Shown here piece by piece: positions 1 to 12,792 of a DNA stretch of 64,000 bases. The notes under the pieces were generated by a model that was not told the origin of the DNA, did not search any database, and saw only the letters and a list, made by a program, of their open reading frames with translations. Every line of letters starts with the position of its first letter. Position 1 is the first letter of the stretch. The stretch is from Gnetum montanum. Lineage: Eukaryota > Plantae > Gnetophyta. The stretch covers positions 1,199,843 through 1,263,842 of the forward strand of contig MNCI01001451.1 of NCBI GenBank assembly GCA_015680685.1. Direction: 5' to 3'. The position numbers were made by a program, and so were the translations under genes.

Positions 1-308
1 GATATTATTTTTAAGCACTCTCTCAATGTCCTAGGCATGTTGGGGTTTTAGCAAGTAACTTAGTTTTAGTGTTTTAGTCTCATAGTTAGGTGTAGCCATA
101 GGGATTTCAATAAGGAGATCCTCTATGATGTCCCCTGCCTCTAGGCTGAGAGTCTTAACTAGATGGTTGGGCTAGTCTAGTGGTGTATCTATGGATGCTA
201 TGTAGTCATTGTAGGCTATAGACTCAAGGTCTAGGTAATGTAGGTCAATGCATCACTTGATATCACCATGAGGATTAAAGGTGAGAAGATTTGCTCCTAC
301 ATAGCCAT
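1..308 (-). pseudogene. N-terminus of pol ORF (pre-RT region) of Tat-B
   Basis: Minus translation LDLESIAYNDYIASIDTPLD*PNHLVKTLSLEAGDIIEDLLIEIP...KTLKLSYLL aligns with Tat-A LDLNPSTYTDLIASTQETLDWPKNVAKTLDLEANNITEDPLVEIP...KTLKLSALL. ATG at 308-306 lies behind acceptor TTTTGTAG (AG at 319-318). Confidence 0.85.
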
Positions 309-2381
309 GTTACTTTCCTACAAAATGAACCAAAAAAATGTTAAGTAGTATTTATTTCACAAATGTAATTTGACAAGTGGATAAAAAAATGTAGTGAATT
401 TTATCTAAGTATGTATGCAAGTTGTTATAGAAGGTAAGCATGTTTGTGCTAGTTTTTGGCCTCAACAGGCCATATGTGTGCTAGTTTTAAACCTTAGCAA
501 ACTATGGCATGTTAGATGTGTCATTCTAAGGAGGGTTGAGCATGCTCAGGGAGTGGAATTGGCCTAGGCATTCACAAGGTAGTGAAAATTTGAAACTTTT
601 GGCTAAGTATGGATGACTATGCTCTCACTTGACTACTTTCTCACCCAACTACACTCTCCACTAGGTGTTTGGTTGGTGGATTATTAAATGATCCTTGAAG
701 GATATATAGGTGCATTTTCATCATAAGTAATTTTTCATTTTATTTCTTTTAATCATGACATCTAGAGCATAGGATTTCCATTGTTGTTGCGCTACGGCTA
801 GCGGAGAGCATAGTTGAGAAGAATGATGTACTAGAGTGGATGCCTACAACCTAGGATTGGCAAACTTTGCTGAGGGGGAAAGACCACTAGGTAGCCTACC
901 ACAAGCATGCATAGAGGAGAGGAGGCCATCAATGTTAGCCAGGTACATTGACTACACTCTCCCATTTTGGTCATTTTTCATTCATTCTTTTGGTTCTTTG
1001 GCAATGGTTTAGGAGCGTCGTCTTGTGGTACACCTTGTCATGGTGCCCTGCCATGGCAATGGTTGCCACCATTGTGCACCATTTTGATGCAAGTGTAGTA
1101 GTAAGAACAATGTGATGGACCATGCATGGGATCTAGGAGGAAGGGTTTTTGTACACATTTTCTTTCCCTTATGGTGTGAGCGCAAGATCTGGGATCACGC
1201 ATGAGATGCATGTGAAAAGTTTTAGCATGTGTAGGATTGTACAGTTGTGTAGGTTTTCAACTTCATAGGGCTTGGGAAGGGAACATGAGCTTTTAAATCT
1301 ACAAGCACTATGAATTTTGTTTTCTTCTTATTTTGCTCATGGCACAAGGCTTAGTGCTACAAGGTTTAGGATTGTAGGTGGTTTAGGTCATGGGTAGGTG
1401 CTATGGGGTCTAGTGGTGTGGTGGCAAGGGGCCCTAGGGTTTAGATGGTAGCTAGGTAATGGCTTGTTGCAATGGCAAAGGATGTAGTAGGTGTTTTTCC
1501 TTGATTTTGTTTTGAAATTTATCTTTTTTAGATGTGATACAGGTGTTTTTGTTTGGCCCTTTAGGACTACACAAGAGAGCTAGGCATGGTTCACATGTAG
1601 CGCAGTGCTATGGCCTAGCCACAAGGATCATGGCCATAGCTATGGTCGATAGCAAAGCATGTGGGTATGTTTCATTCTATTTCTTTTTTTTGTATTTTGT
1701 TTTTTATGAGGGTGTAGGAGGCATGACCATCCACAACAATAGGTAAATGAGGTTATTCAGTGTGATGCCATGGGGAGACTATGCTCTCCATGGCAATGGG
1801 ACTACACACTTTACAAGTTGAAAGTGTAATCCGGTAAGTGTTTATAAAAATGCCTAGATAGTAATTTTTTGGAAAAATGTTTATTCTTCGGGACTATGCT
1901 CTCCATGTCTTAGAACATAGTCATGGTGGACCCAAAGTTAGAAAAATTTTTCCCCCATCTATTTTCAGACTACACTCTCCACTGAGGTAGTCTAGAGTTA
2001 GACAAATTTTGTTATTTATGGACTACACTCTCTATTAAGGTAGTTTGAAATTAGAAACATTTTGCAAATTCTGGACTATGTTTTCCTACTGAGGTAGTCT
2101 GTAGTTAGAAAAATTTTGCCAAAATTTTGTAAACTATTCATGATGATAAAGCTACAAAATGTAATGCTAAACCTATGAAAACATGTTGTATCCCAGTGAG
2201 TACTAGGTGTGTCAAATGGATTGGTTGACATCCTATACCTACAAGGCCTCAAAGTGTATCACCGAAATTAAGAATTTTTTTGCTAGTCTATGTTGTATTG
2301 TGTTAATTTATCTTAATAATTTCATGCCAAAATTTTCATCTATGTATGTATAACACTTGGCTTGTTACTTGGTGGTTGCAG

Positions 2382-5300
2382 GGTGCTGATGAATTCTGTT
2401 TTGATCATAGTTGAGCTCATGGACATCCTATGTTGCATAAGCAAATATATTCCCAACACTCCTACAACAAATATGTGGGTGGGTCATTAGGCAGTGTGGT
2501 CCTAGCCAAGGGCTCGTGTGTTCCTAGAGTACTTGTTGCAATAGTTTAGTCTGATCATGTAGTCACTCTTGGTAGTGGAGGCTACTAGTGCCATCACGAA
2601 GATGTTGCTACCTAGGACTAACTAGGGGATATTGAGATTCATCTTAGACAAGCCTACTACTAGTGTTGATGGGGTAGTTGATTCAGCCATAGGTCATAGG
2701 AGCACTCAACAACTATTCAAGATATGATGCATGATAGGGTTTGGTTTCTACAACAAGAGCATCTCCCTTTTGTCATGCTATGGGTGCACACCCTATTCCA
2801 AAACCCACCTAGAACTATATACTATGTCAAAGGATAAGTGTTTTCATGATTCTTACAGTGTTTTTCTACTACTTGCTCATGTAAGTTGCTAATGGCTCAT
2901 GATTGACACTAGGTTTAAAGTTAATGAGGATGGCCTACACGATGAGGTGGAAGCTTTAGCCTTGACTTGCACTACCTTGACCCACCTTGACTCGCACTTG
3001 TTTAGGTAGTTATGATTTAGCAATTGGGGCCCAATTTGGAGGTCTATCCTACCTGGTACCTGAAGGCATATGAGCACTGTAGGATCCATGGTTGGTTGTA
3101 TGAGGAGTGGGCTACCAGTGAGATTAACATTAAGGAGATGTTTGCAGCACCATGCTCATCTCACATACCATTTGTGCCACATATTCATATAGTATTTTGG
3201 CTTATGTGGTTTCTTGTGTATGCTTATTAGTTTGCCTTATTTGCAAGATGCTAATGTTATTTTGTGTTTTGTTGCAATGGTGGTTTCCTTAGCCAAGGTG
3301 ACAATGATCACCATGAGTTGCACAGAGGCCACCCTTATCATGAATTATGGCATTTTGAAGGGTATGCAACACTAGCTATGCAAAAAAGCTATAAATGCAC
3401 TGAGAACTCAACTCACATGTGTTGGGTTGATGGACCTATTTTTGGCCCTTAGCCTGAGTATTCCTAGTGGCCAAAATGATCACCATCACTGACTTCTTCA
3501 ATAGTGACATCAGGCAGTTTGTCACTTGAGTGTGATGCATGATAGTAGTGTTGGACCTTAGTGAGGCCTTCTTTGCTGACCTCTTTGGCCTTTCCACTGA
3601 TAGCCCAACAATTGTCAATAAGGCTAGTAGGAGGATGGACTATAGAGGGGAGATCAAGGACTGGTTGGAGGCCACTCAATCTCACAAAGGCATACTAATT
3701 AAGGATGTCCTAGTACCTATGGTGTAGGACATCTACCCTCTGTTTTGTGCTCATTCCTTTTTGAAGTTACCCTTCCAAGGGAATATCCTTGAGGTGGAAG
3801 AGGCATCAGTGATGATGGAGGTGCTACTAGAGGGTATGAAGTTCAACTAGGCTATGTACATAACCACTAGCTTGCATACAAAGATCTCTAGGTAGTGGTT
3901 CAAGCTTTAGGCAAGGTCTTATGCCGACTTCGCATTCTGCACAAAATACCTATGAAGGTTTGTAGAGCTCTTAGTTGTGAAAGATAATGGATGATGGGTT
4001 ATGCAGGATTGTGAGTAGCTATCCAAGCCATGGATCAAGCACATGTTCATGACCACGTGTGCATAGGACCTCCTAGAGGAAAATGATGAGTTATTATCTC
4101 TAATGAGTAAGGATCTCATAGGGAAATCACATCACTCATGTGATAGCATGGGTGAGGGTTCTCTAGTTAGCATTTGGGACATAGGTAAGGTAGATTTCTA
4201 TATAGAAAAGATGGTGGGGTAGTCTAAGGCCAAGATCATGAGGCCATGTCCTAAGGAGGAGGTTGCCCTTGAGATTGGGAAGCTAAGTAGCAAGCAAATC
4301 CACATTACGCTTCAAAGTTTGCATGAAAATGTTGTAGGTTAGTATGGTTTCTTAGATGCCTTAGTTATATTTATATATAAATTTTAGTTTTATATGTTTT
4401 TCCTATTATGCCATATTGTTAATTAGCTAGTGATGTGTTATGCATACTAATGTGGTATATGTGTTAATCGTAGAAAGAGGAGAGAGGACCGTAGGAGTAG
4501 CAGTTGAGGCAGCAATAGAGGAAGTGCCTACTAAAGCTAGGAAGGAGGACGCTCATGGAGATGAGCTACATGAGGTAGTAGAGATCCTCTAGTAGTTAGA
4601 GGAAGAGGGATTGATCCACCTTGATGAGGATAATTTTAATAGCTTGTTCAATGGTGCATAGCTAGGTGAGCATCTTGCACTTACATCTAAGGGCTTACTA
4701 GGTAACTAACTTGTGTTGTCGTCTGTCATTGCTTGTTTTCTCTAGTATCTTTAGTTTTTTAGCTATGTATCCTAATTGCATCATTGTGTCACAATGTTAG
4801 ATATTCCCATCAATGGTCCCACAGCTACCTATCACATGGAGTCATGGGTAGACATGCCAAATAAATTCACCTTCATGGAAGTCATCTTTAAGGACATGGT
4901 GAACCACTTGTAATAAGAAGATCCTAAGCTCAATATGTGTGTGATGTTATTTTGATTTATGTTATTTTACTACTTGAATGCTTAGTTGTTTACTAAGAAT
5001 AATCAATTTTTATATGCCTATAGGTCCTACATTATGGTGGGATCTGAGCAAGGTGGTCAAGGTGGATGCCCTCCCTAACCTCCCTCAAGTTGATCAACTG
5101 CCTTATCACATGTATGAGACATTAAACAAGTATGCACTTTCTTGTGCAAAGGCGTTGTGGATCTACAGGCACTCGAATGAGCACCTATGAAAATGTGTGC
5201 ACAAGCTACAGGAGAGGGTGATTAGCTAGGATGAGAAGATCAATGATATTTAGTCTAGATATGATTTCTTACAGCTAGATCGTAGGGAGATAGCACCTGG

Positions 5301-6049
5301 CATACCTCTGAGATTGAGTATTCCTGATATTGGATAGCTTTTAGAGGTAAGAACAAGGCCACATGGGAGTTGAACAAGTAACGACTATAGATGAACTTGC
5401 TCATTCAAAAGAACTAGGATTGGAAGAGCTACAACATGAAGGTCTATCAATGGGAGCAAAAGTAAAAGAAGCATAAGCACCAGTATAAGAGAGAGCATGA
5501 TGCATACCTACTATGGTACAAGGAGAAGTCTACCAAATGCCATTTCCTTGAGATATTTCTTGAGGTAATCATTGGGAGGCAGGCATACAAGTTGCTCATG
5601 TAGCACATGGTGGTAAGTGGCTCTCCTGAGAGGTAGAGCATCACTCCTTTCGAAGAGGTAGATCATCACCCCTTCTAAAGAGGCTTCTTCTACTACCTTT
5701 TCGATGGAGCTACATGCATGGACCATTGTGGATAAAGGTAAGACCCTTGCAAGAATTGACTTTGGCTAGAAGGATTGGAGACAACTTTTCGAGGATGAGA
5801 TCCTCTAGTGCTTAGAGGCTAGCTTGAGATAGTTACCTCCAGAACTCACTAATGTGGAACCCTCTCAAGTTAGAGTTTTTTATAATTTTTAAGCTTTTTA
5901 TGTTTATTGTTAGCTTGTGCAGTGCATATTTACTTAATAATTGCACATTTTTGTTGTAGTTATGGTGGCAGGTACTAGGCAATGTTGTAGGCCCCGGCAA
6001 TGTGATGAAGGAAGAAGAACCTATACCCCCACCTAGCATCACTCGTTGA
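2382..6049 (+). pseudogene. Antisense multi-exon accessory gene of Tat-B (FCP1/NIF-like domain + transposon accessory region), decayed
   Basis: Exon translations align with the Tat-A antisense gene (SVLIIVELMDIL, VHTLFQNPPRT, KAYEHCRIHGWLYEEW, GLMDLF, WWDLSKVVKVDALP). GT-AG introns at 4338-4473, 4702-4800 and 5869-5959, acceptors at 2381 and 5023. Many stops and frameshifts. Confidence 0.8.
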
Positions 6050-6309
6050 GCATGACTTGATGTACCTCTAGCAACTATGAATTTTGCTATTTTAGTTATA
6101 TTTTTTTTTCCACATGTTGCTACTCATGCTATGTATTGATATTCATATGATATCTAATGAATGTATTTGTTATATGTAATGTGCAATGTGTAAACGTTTT
6201 TCTTTATATGATCATTTACTATGTGCTTGCTATGCTTATAACATGATGAATTAATGTGCTAACTTAGGATTATGCAATAATAGTGCGACTAGGCCATTGT
6301 GAGGCACAT

Positions 6310-6840
6310 GTTAGTTTACAGCCATAGTGGAAGGGCTAATGCTAGTTTAAGGTCATCATGGGCCACTACAATGGCATTGAAGGTGATAGCTTAAGGCCAT
6401 TTCAAGCCATATGTGTTACTAGTTTAAGGCCATTTTTGGTTTGTGAGATCACTAGTTTAAGGTCATAGCAGGCCATATATTGCTAGTTTAAGGCCATTTT
6501 GCACCACTACAAGGGGATTGAAAATGGTAGTTTAAGGCCATTCTAGGTCATAATGTTGCTATTTTAAGGTCATAACGGGCTGTACAATGCTAGTTTAAGG
6601 CCATAGTGGGCTACAGTGTTGCTAGTTTAAGGGCATAGTGGGCCACAGTGTTGCCAGTTTAAGGCCATGGTAGGCTAGAATGATAGGATTCAAAGGAAAT
6701 AGCTTAAGGAAATTCTAGATTGTAGGATCACTATTTTAAGGCCATGGTGGGCCACAACAACACCAGTTTAAGGCCGTAGTAGCTCACATATCACTAGATT
6801 AATACCTTGGTGGGCCACGTGTTGCTAGCTTAAGGACTTG
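6310..6840 (+). repeat. Degenerate tandem array, about 16 copies of core TAGTTTAAGGCCAT, spacing mostly ~32 bp (some ~44)
   Basis: Core read directly at about 6343, 6420, 6453, 6485, 6528, 6591, 6623, 6655, 6732, 6765 and others. Confidence 0.85.
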
Positions 6841-7130
6841 GTGGACTACATGTTAAAATCTCTTCTTTTGTAATGTTAGCTTTTATGGTTTTTATGCAAT
6901 TTGATGTTTTTTAATTACTAAAAATGTGTGAAATAATAGGAAAAGTGTATAAACTAAGTGGATGAATGTGTAAATAAATGTGTTAACAAAGCAAAACAAT
7001 GTGTAATCTAAGCAATCAGGCTAAATGTAAACATGTAAACAAATGTGATGCAAGTGAGAGTTAAAATAAATGGCACATAGAAGTGTAGGGTAGGTAATGA
7101 CCTAGCACATTTTTGGGCTCAGGGGGTACC

Positions 7131-10100
7131 TTAGTTGTGCAGTTGCTTCTTGATCCGATATCGGTTAATAGGTGCATAGGGCCTAGAGTGCACTATTCAG
7201 TAGTCTCCCTAACCGTTGCTCACTACATTGAAGGGTAATTCTACCCAAAGAACATCCTCTGGTAGGTCACTGGCTTCTTCCATCCTTTTAGGTGGGTCTA
7301 CCTCATGGGTTTTGTACTCATCCTTTGCTGTAGATGTGTCATTAGGAAATTCCACCTCTAACCCTTACTCTGTATCTATGTTGTTCATTGCCAAAGGGGT
7401 TACTTTATCACTATAGATAATAACCTTACCATCTTCATATGAAAGGTGGATTTCTTGGTGGATCAGAGATGAGATTTCCTATAATTGGGCCAACCATAGC
7501 CTGCCTAATATTATGTTAAAGATAGGCATTTCCTCTATGATGATGAATTCAGTAGTGGTGGAGAATTGCTCTCCTACCAGGCTATTATGATGGTACCCTT
7601 AACAATGATGTGTGATCCGTTAAAGGATTTCAAACATGTGGTTTTTGTTGGCTTTATTTCATCCATAAGGCCTAACTTATCAATGATAGTGTATGGAATA
7701 ACATTTTTTAATGCCCTATTGTCTATATGCATCCTTAGAATCTTGCATTGCTCAACTTGTATGGTGATGAACATGGCTGCTATTATGACCTCACCCTTTT
7801 TAGGGTTGACCTTAATTACCTCATCATGAAATGCAAGAGATGTGGAGATTAATTCCTATGATGCAGGAGGCAACATCACTACATGAATGGAGTTCTCATC
7901 TATAGGGATGTCCTCTATGATAGGAATGAAGGCTAAAATATGCACTAGTACCTTGAGTGGGTAGATGAGATCATGATTAGGTCATAGAGGCTTAACATTG
8001 TGTTCTTCTATTTGAGTGCTTACTTAACTTGGGCTAATGCATCCATGAAGGCTTTTTCATTAGTTGCATTTTTATTGGATTTGACTTGTTTCATATGTTT
8101 TAAGAGCTGAATTTTGGAGGGGAGGTGACTTGGGCTTTGTTGGCTTTGCCTACGTAAGGGTCCTAGTGCTTGGTTGTGAGTTGCTAGTGGTGGCCTCCTT
8201 AGTTGTTTTGGCCATGGGGATCGAAGATATAGGGACTAGCTTCAATGGACCTAGTGTTTTTTTCTCTTAACATTGCCTAATTAGTCTATCTGTGAGACAC
8301 TCATTAAGCCTCCAGGGCTGCCACCTAGAGGGTCTATTAGTGTTTCTAGTAAGATTGGCTCTTGGATAGAAAGGGATTGATGTGTTTCCCACTATTGAAC
8401 TTTAGGTAGGTGAGGAGCTAGCATGTTGTGGCACCTTGATGACAAAGGGTGGCTAAGCTATTATTGTTGTGACATGTTGTGGGACCCTAACCATGAAGGA
8501 AGTTGTAGGTGATTGAGGTGGTACTTTGATGATGAAAGGGGGATCCAACCCATGGGAGTTGAGGAGATCCTTGTGCACCCAGAGGGCACATAGACCATGA
8601 ATGGATGCTGCCCTAGTTTTGGGTTGTCATCAATGTTGATAGTGTTTATGACATAGCCTACATCATCTGCATTTAGAGAATCCTTATGGACTTTCATAGA
8701 TTCATTTTGAGACCTAACTGGATTTGTAGCATCAAGGACCAACTCACTTCTATTAGTCATTCTTTGGAGATCATCCTATAAGGCTAGATAGAAGTTCATG
8801 TTGTGACCAGAAAGCTGGTGGTAATGGCAAAACCAATCTAGCTTGAAATGTTTTGGAACCAATGGCTCATTTGATGCCACCAAAGTAGTGTTTCTGAGAA
8901 GTTTGTAATATCTATCATGCCTTTGATGGGCATCCTCAGACATTTTATTATGTTGGATGTGCCTAGCCTTTAATAATTGTTCCAGTTGCTCTTAGGGATT
9001 TAGTGGAAATGGAGTGTACTTGGAGCAATCCTTGCACTCAAAGTTTGGCCTTGGAGTAGCTTGTCCTATGGCCACTAGTGACATGGACTAGTTAGTTGCT
9101 ATAGTGCTAGGGTTGGCAGCTTTGTTGTTGATTAGGACCTTGGATGGCCTAGCCATTAGCCTCAAGTTGGTTGTTTTAGCCTCTTTGGTCATAGTCACCA
9201 TGGTTGCATTTTGCTTCCCTTTATCCCTGTCCTTCTTTTCATGCAGGTTTTTGTAGGCCACATAGGTTGAACCCTTACTAGCTTTGACTCCATGTTGTAT
9301 ACTCTTGGTCTGGGCAAAGGCTTGGCTTAGAGACTATGGGTCTAGATCGTAAATCTTTGATTTTATAAAATCATTAACCATGCCTTTGAAGATAGCTAAG
9401 AGGTGTTCCTTGGCTATGGGCTCTCGTATTTCATTCAATAAGGTGCTCCATCATTGGTTGAATTTTTGCACAAGCTTTAAGGGGCTATTTTTGACTTGCA
9501 TTAGCTAGTCTATAGTTACTTCTAACTTCAATTTGTACTTGAAGCATGTCAAAATCTAGCTCAAAAGATCCTCCAAAGAGAAGATAGATCCCTTGGATAA
9601 TGTGTGGTACTAGTCTAGTGCCTTGCCAATGAGTGACATGGCAAACATGCATTTGATGATGCATGGCCATGCTCGCAGCAGTGGGCACTTAGACCTGAAT
9701 GTTACTAGATGTGCATTTGGGTTCCCTTCACCATTGTACTTGGTGAATTGGGGTAGTGGGACCCCAATTGGTAGAGTCAGTATTGGGATAGAAAGACCTA
9801 TGGGATCATCCTGGTATAAGTCAACTACTTTAACTATTTCAGAGGAGGTAGCTTTGAGCTACTTCACCTCTTCTACAAAGGTTTGGATCAATTGGAATGC
9901 TTGGTCCAAATTTTGGAATTCTCTAGCTAGCTGCATTGGCTATGCTATTTGCTATGTTGGTGTTGTAGCCCATGATCTAGTCATAAGTTGTGGAAGCATG
10001 CAAGGTGTTTGATGCATCAGTTGTGTTATAGGGATAGTGATTCGGGCAAGCCATGCACACATGGATTAGACCAACACTAAGGGCATCAAAAAAGTAGGCA

Positions 10101-10836
10101 GAACATAATTTGCTTAAGTCATTTGGGTTCTAAAGATGGGCTCCATGTGAACACATGGCTAAGCTAGTGTGATTGTTGCTGGCAAGGATGGTTTGGTAGG
10201 TTTAGATGATGTCATGAAGGGCAAGTGGAACGGAGTTTTTGCATCATGTTGTTTGTATTGCATTTGGTGGGTTCCCTCTACAAGCATAGATCTAAGCTTG
10301 ATGGAGTGGGAAGGTGATGTCAATGTTATAATGATCTCTAGGAGGATAGGTGAACTAAATTGAGGAGGGGCTAGATTAGGGATTACTTGTTGGAAGATGG
10401 TGGAAAAAGGGGGCTCATGCTCAAAAAAAGCTTCAACTCATCCACTTCCTCCTATAAGGCTTCCTTGTAGTCATTTCCTACATCATGCTCACTTATGCAA
10501 ATGAGCTAGGACAACAACTGATGATGAGACTCTATGGCTAGGATGATGTCAAATGAGGAAGCGATATACTCCCATCGATCTCTATGGATTAATTCAAAGT
10601 CCCATTTTGCCTCCATGTCTAGGTGATCTATAGGCAACCTTGCTTGGATCTTTGCACCCATGAAGTTGTATTTCATTAGTGAGTGTGGTGTTCTCTGGGT
10701 CTTGGCCATGTAGCCTAAGGCATTGCCTTTGCTTGGCCATCACAAGATTCATAGTGTTGTCACTCCTGGTCTCTTACTGAATAGGCATGATTTCAAGTGT
10801 GTTTGAAATTGATGCCAAAAGTTAATCTGAGTTCAT
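7131..10836 (-). pseudogene. gag: gag-protease ORF of Tat-B, decayed
   Basis: Retrotrans-gag-like PQFTKYNGEGNPNAHLVTF, Tat-type knuckle remnant CHYHQLSGH, protease motif RMHIDNRALKNVIP, ending KKQLHN*. Collinear with Tat-A 16144-19543. Start codon approximate. Confidence 0.85.
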
Positions 10837-10933
10837 GGTTGTAGATTAAGATGTAAAAGAAAACTACAGAGGTTGCTAGCCACAAAATATAGTGGACCAA
10901 GTTGAAACTAATTTTGTTTCAACTGATACCATT

Positions 10934-11020
10934 GACTACGCTCTCCACTATGAAGAGCTGACTACACTCTCCACTACGAAGAGCCAAGTACACTCTTCAT
11001 AATAGAGAGCTAACTATGTT
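10934..11020 (+). repeat. 26-bp tandem repeat (GACTACGCTCTCCACTATGAAGAGCT-like, ~3.5 copies) in the Tat-B 5'UTR
   Basis: Unit starts at 10934, 10960, 10986 and 11012. Confidence 0.8.
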
Positions 11021-11211
11021 GGAGATGACTACACTCCAGCTAAAGATAATAGAAACTTAGCAAAATAATGGATACAAGTGTATTTTAGGGTTGTTACATG
11101 GTGTCCTAGGGGGACTGACTATGGGGTACAATCTATACTGATGGATTAGTGGACAACTACAATGTAGAATGCTCAAAAAAAACCTCATCGGAACTTGAAA
11201 AAATATTTGGA

Positions 11212-11227
11212 CCTCCTTCTAACACCA
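11212..11227 (-). promoter_or_regulatory. Primer binding site of Tat-B, tRNA-Asn type
   Basis: Minus strand TGGTGTTAGAAGGAGG equals TGGCGCTAGAAGGAGG with two C>T changes, 5 nt inside the LTR end. Complementary to the plant tRNA-Asn 3' end as recalled. Confidence 0.75.
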
Positions 11228-11232
11228 AAAAC

Positions 11233-12792
11233 TATTATGACCAAAAACATTAGCAGCTGGAACATCGAAGGATCCAAACGTGCATAGTTTTAACCCCAAG
11301 TCCATGTGAGGGCCTATTGGAGGCCAAGATAGGGTGCCCTAAACGATCTTGTTGATTGAATAGGGACATATCATATGCAACTAGGGTGAAATGTGGTTAG
11401 CTACGATGCTAAGTGTTTGAGTGATGTCAATGGTATTAATGATGTCAGTGGATGTGCGTGTAGTTAAGAGTTTTACTAGAAGTGAAGGTGTCAACGTGCG
11501 AGGACCATAGCCCAAGGGCAACTATGTGTTGAAATAGTATAAAATGCAAGTAAAATGCTAAAAATGTAAAGAAATGAAGAGAGAGAGAACAAAACATCAT
11601 CCCAAATGGAGTTGAGCATAGTTAACTCTAGAAGGGGTGAGAAGGTACATAGTGTATAATAGGCATAGTGGACAACATAATCACAATCTCATGAGTGTTT
11701 GGTCATGAAGAATGATTTTCCATGGTGATGTCTATGCCTGCTATGTTGGTTGTTGCAGTGTGTAGTGGGTTGTAATGTTCAGGTAAACTATGATGAGCTA
11801 TGGTGGTTTGTAGCTTTTCCTCTCTCTATTTTGTTGGAATTCCTTTGGTTTTCCAATGCTTTGATTTTCTATACCCATATTTTCCAACCAACTCAAATTT
11901 TTACCAACCCCAAAAATGTTGAGGGTTGGGGTATTTATAGGTCTAGGTTTAGTGTGAAATTTGGGGTGACTACCACATGGTAGAGGGGATGGTTGGAGCT
12001 ACACTATCATCTAGCTATGCTCTCTACTAAGGTTGATGGTGTTGTGCTCTGTCAGACTTTGTGAGACTTGTGAGACTATAAATACATTGTCATGTGCATG
12101 TATATGTGTTGAGAGGATTGCAATGTACTTGAAAAATGCAATTTTGGAGACTACACTCTTAGACTATGCTCTCCACTATCTTGTGTGGGGCTGACCATAG
12201 TTACAATTTTGGGGATAAAAGGGGATACAAAAAAGATGCATGTTACTAACTATGCTTACTAGAGGTGAGTTGGAGCTGAGTTAAGTGCTAAGGCTATGTT
12301 GTGGAGGCCTTTGGAGGCTATTCTAGTTGACTATGCTTAACTATGCTTTAGCCTGGCGGAGAGCGTAGCCCCACACTTAAAAATGCTTTGGAAAAATTAG
12401 CTATGTGCTAACTATGCTCATCACTGGAAGCTAACTATGCTCCTGATTGGGGGTGGGAGGGGTGGGGGGAGTGTAGTCTGAGCACTTGTCAAAACTTGTG
12501 AAAACTAGTTTCTAGTTGACGATGCTTGACTACGCTTTGGGCTAGTGAAGAGCATAGTCTCAAAACTTAAAATCTACACTCTCCATGAGAGGCTAATTAT
12601 GCTATAGGGTAGTAGAGAGTGTAGCCATAGCACGTAGAAAAAATTTGTAGCTTCTCTCTTTGTGTTGACACTTAGAAAATTTTGAAAAACTAGCCTTTGT
12701 ATTTACTATGGTATCTATTGGGTTCAAGCGTAGTCTCAACACTAAAAAAAATTGCAATTTAGATGCTATAGTCTAAATGTTTTGGTGTTTCA
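11233..12792 (-). repeat. 5' LTR of Tat-B (~1560 bp)
   Basis: TGAAACACCA start and decayed CA>TA end next to the PBS. TATA-like CTATAAATA on the minus strand near 11932-11940. Dense GACTACGCT-type motifs. Confidence 0.8.

Larger units (their letters stand above)
1..12792 (-). mobile_element. Tat-clade Ty3/gypsy LTR retrotransposon (Tat-B), degenerate, 3' part outside window
   Basis: 5' LTR begins TGAAACACCA on the minus strand at 12792, matching the Tat-A terminus. It is followed by a tRNA-Asn-type PBS, gag-PR remnants collinear with Tat-A, the antisense gene, and the pol N-terminus at 1-308, which aligns with Tat-A 25870-26190. Confidence 0.9.
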
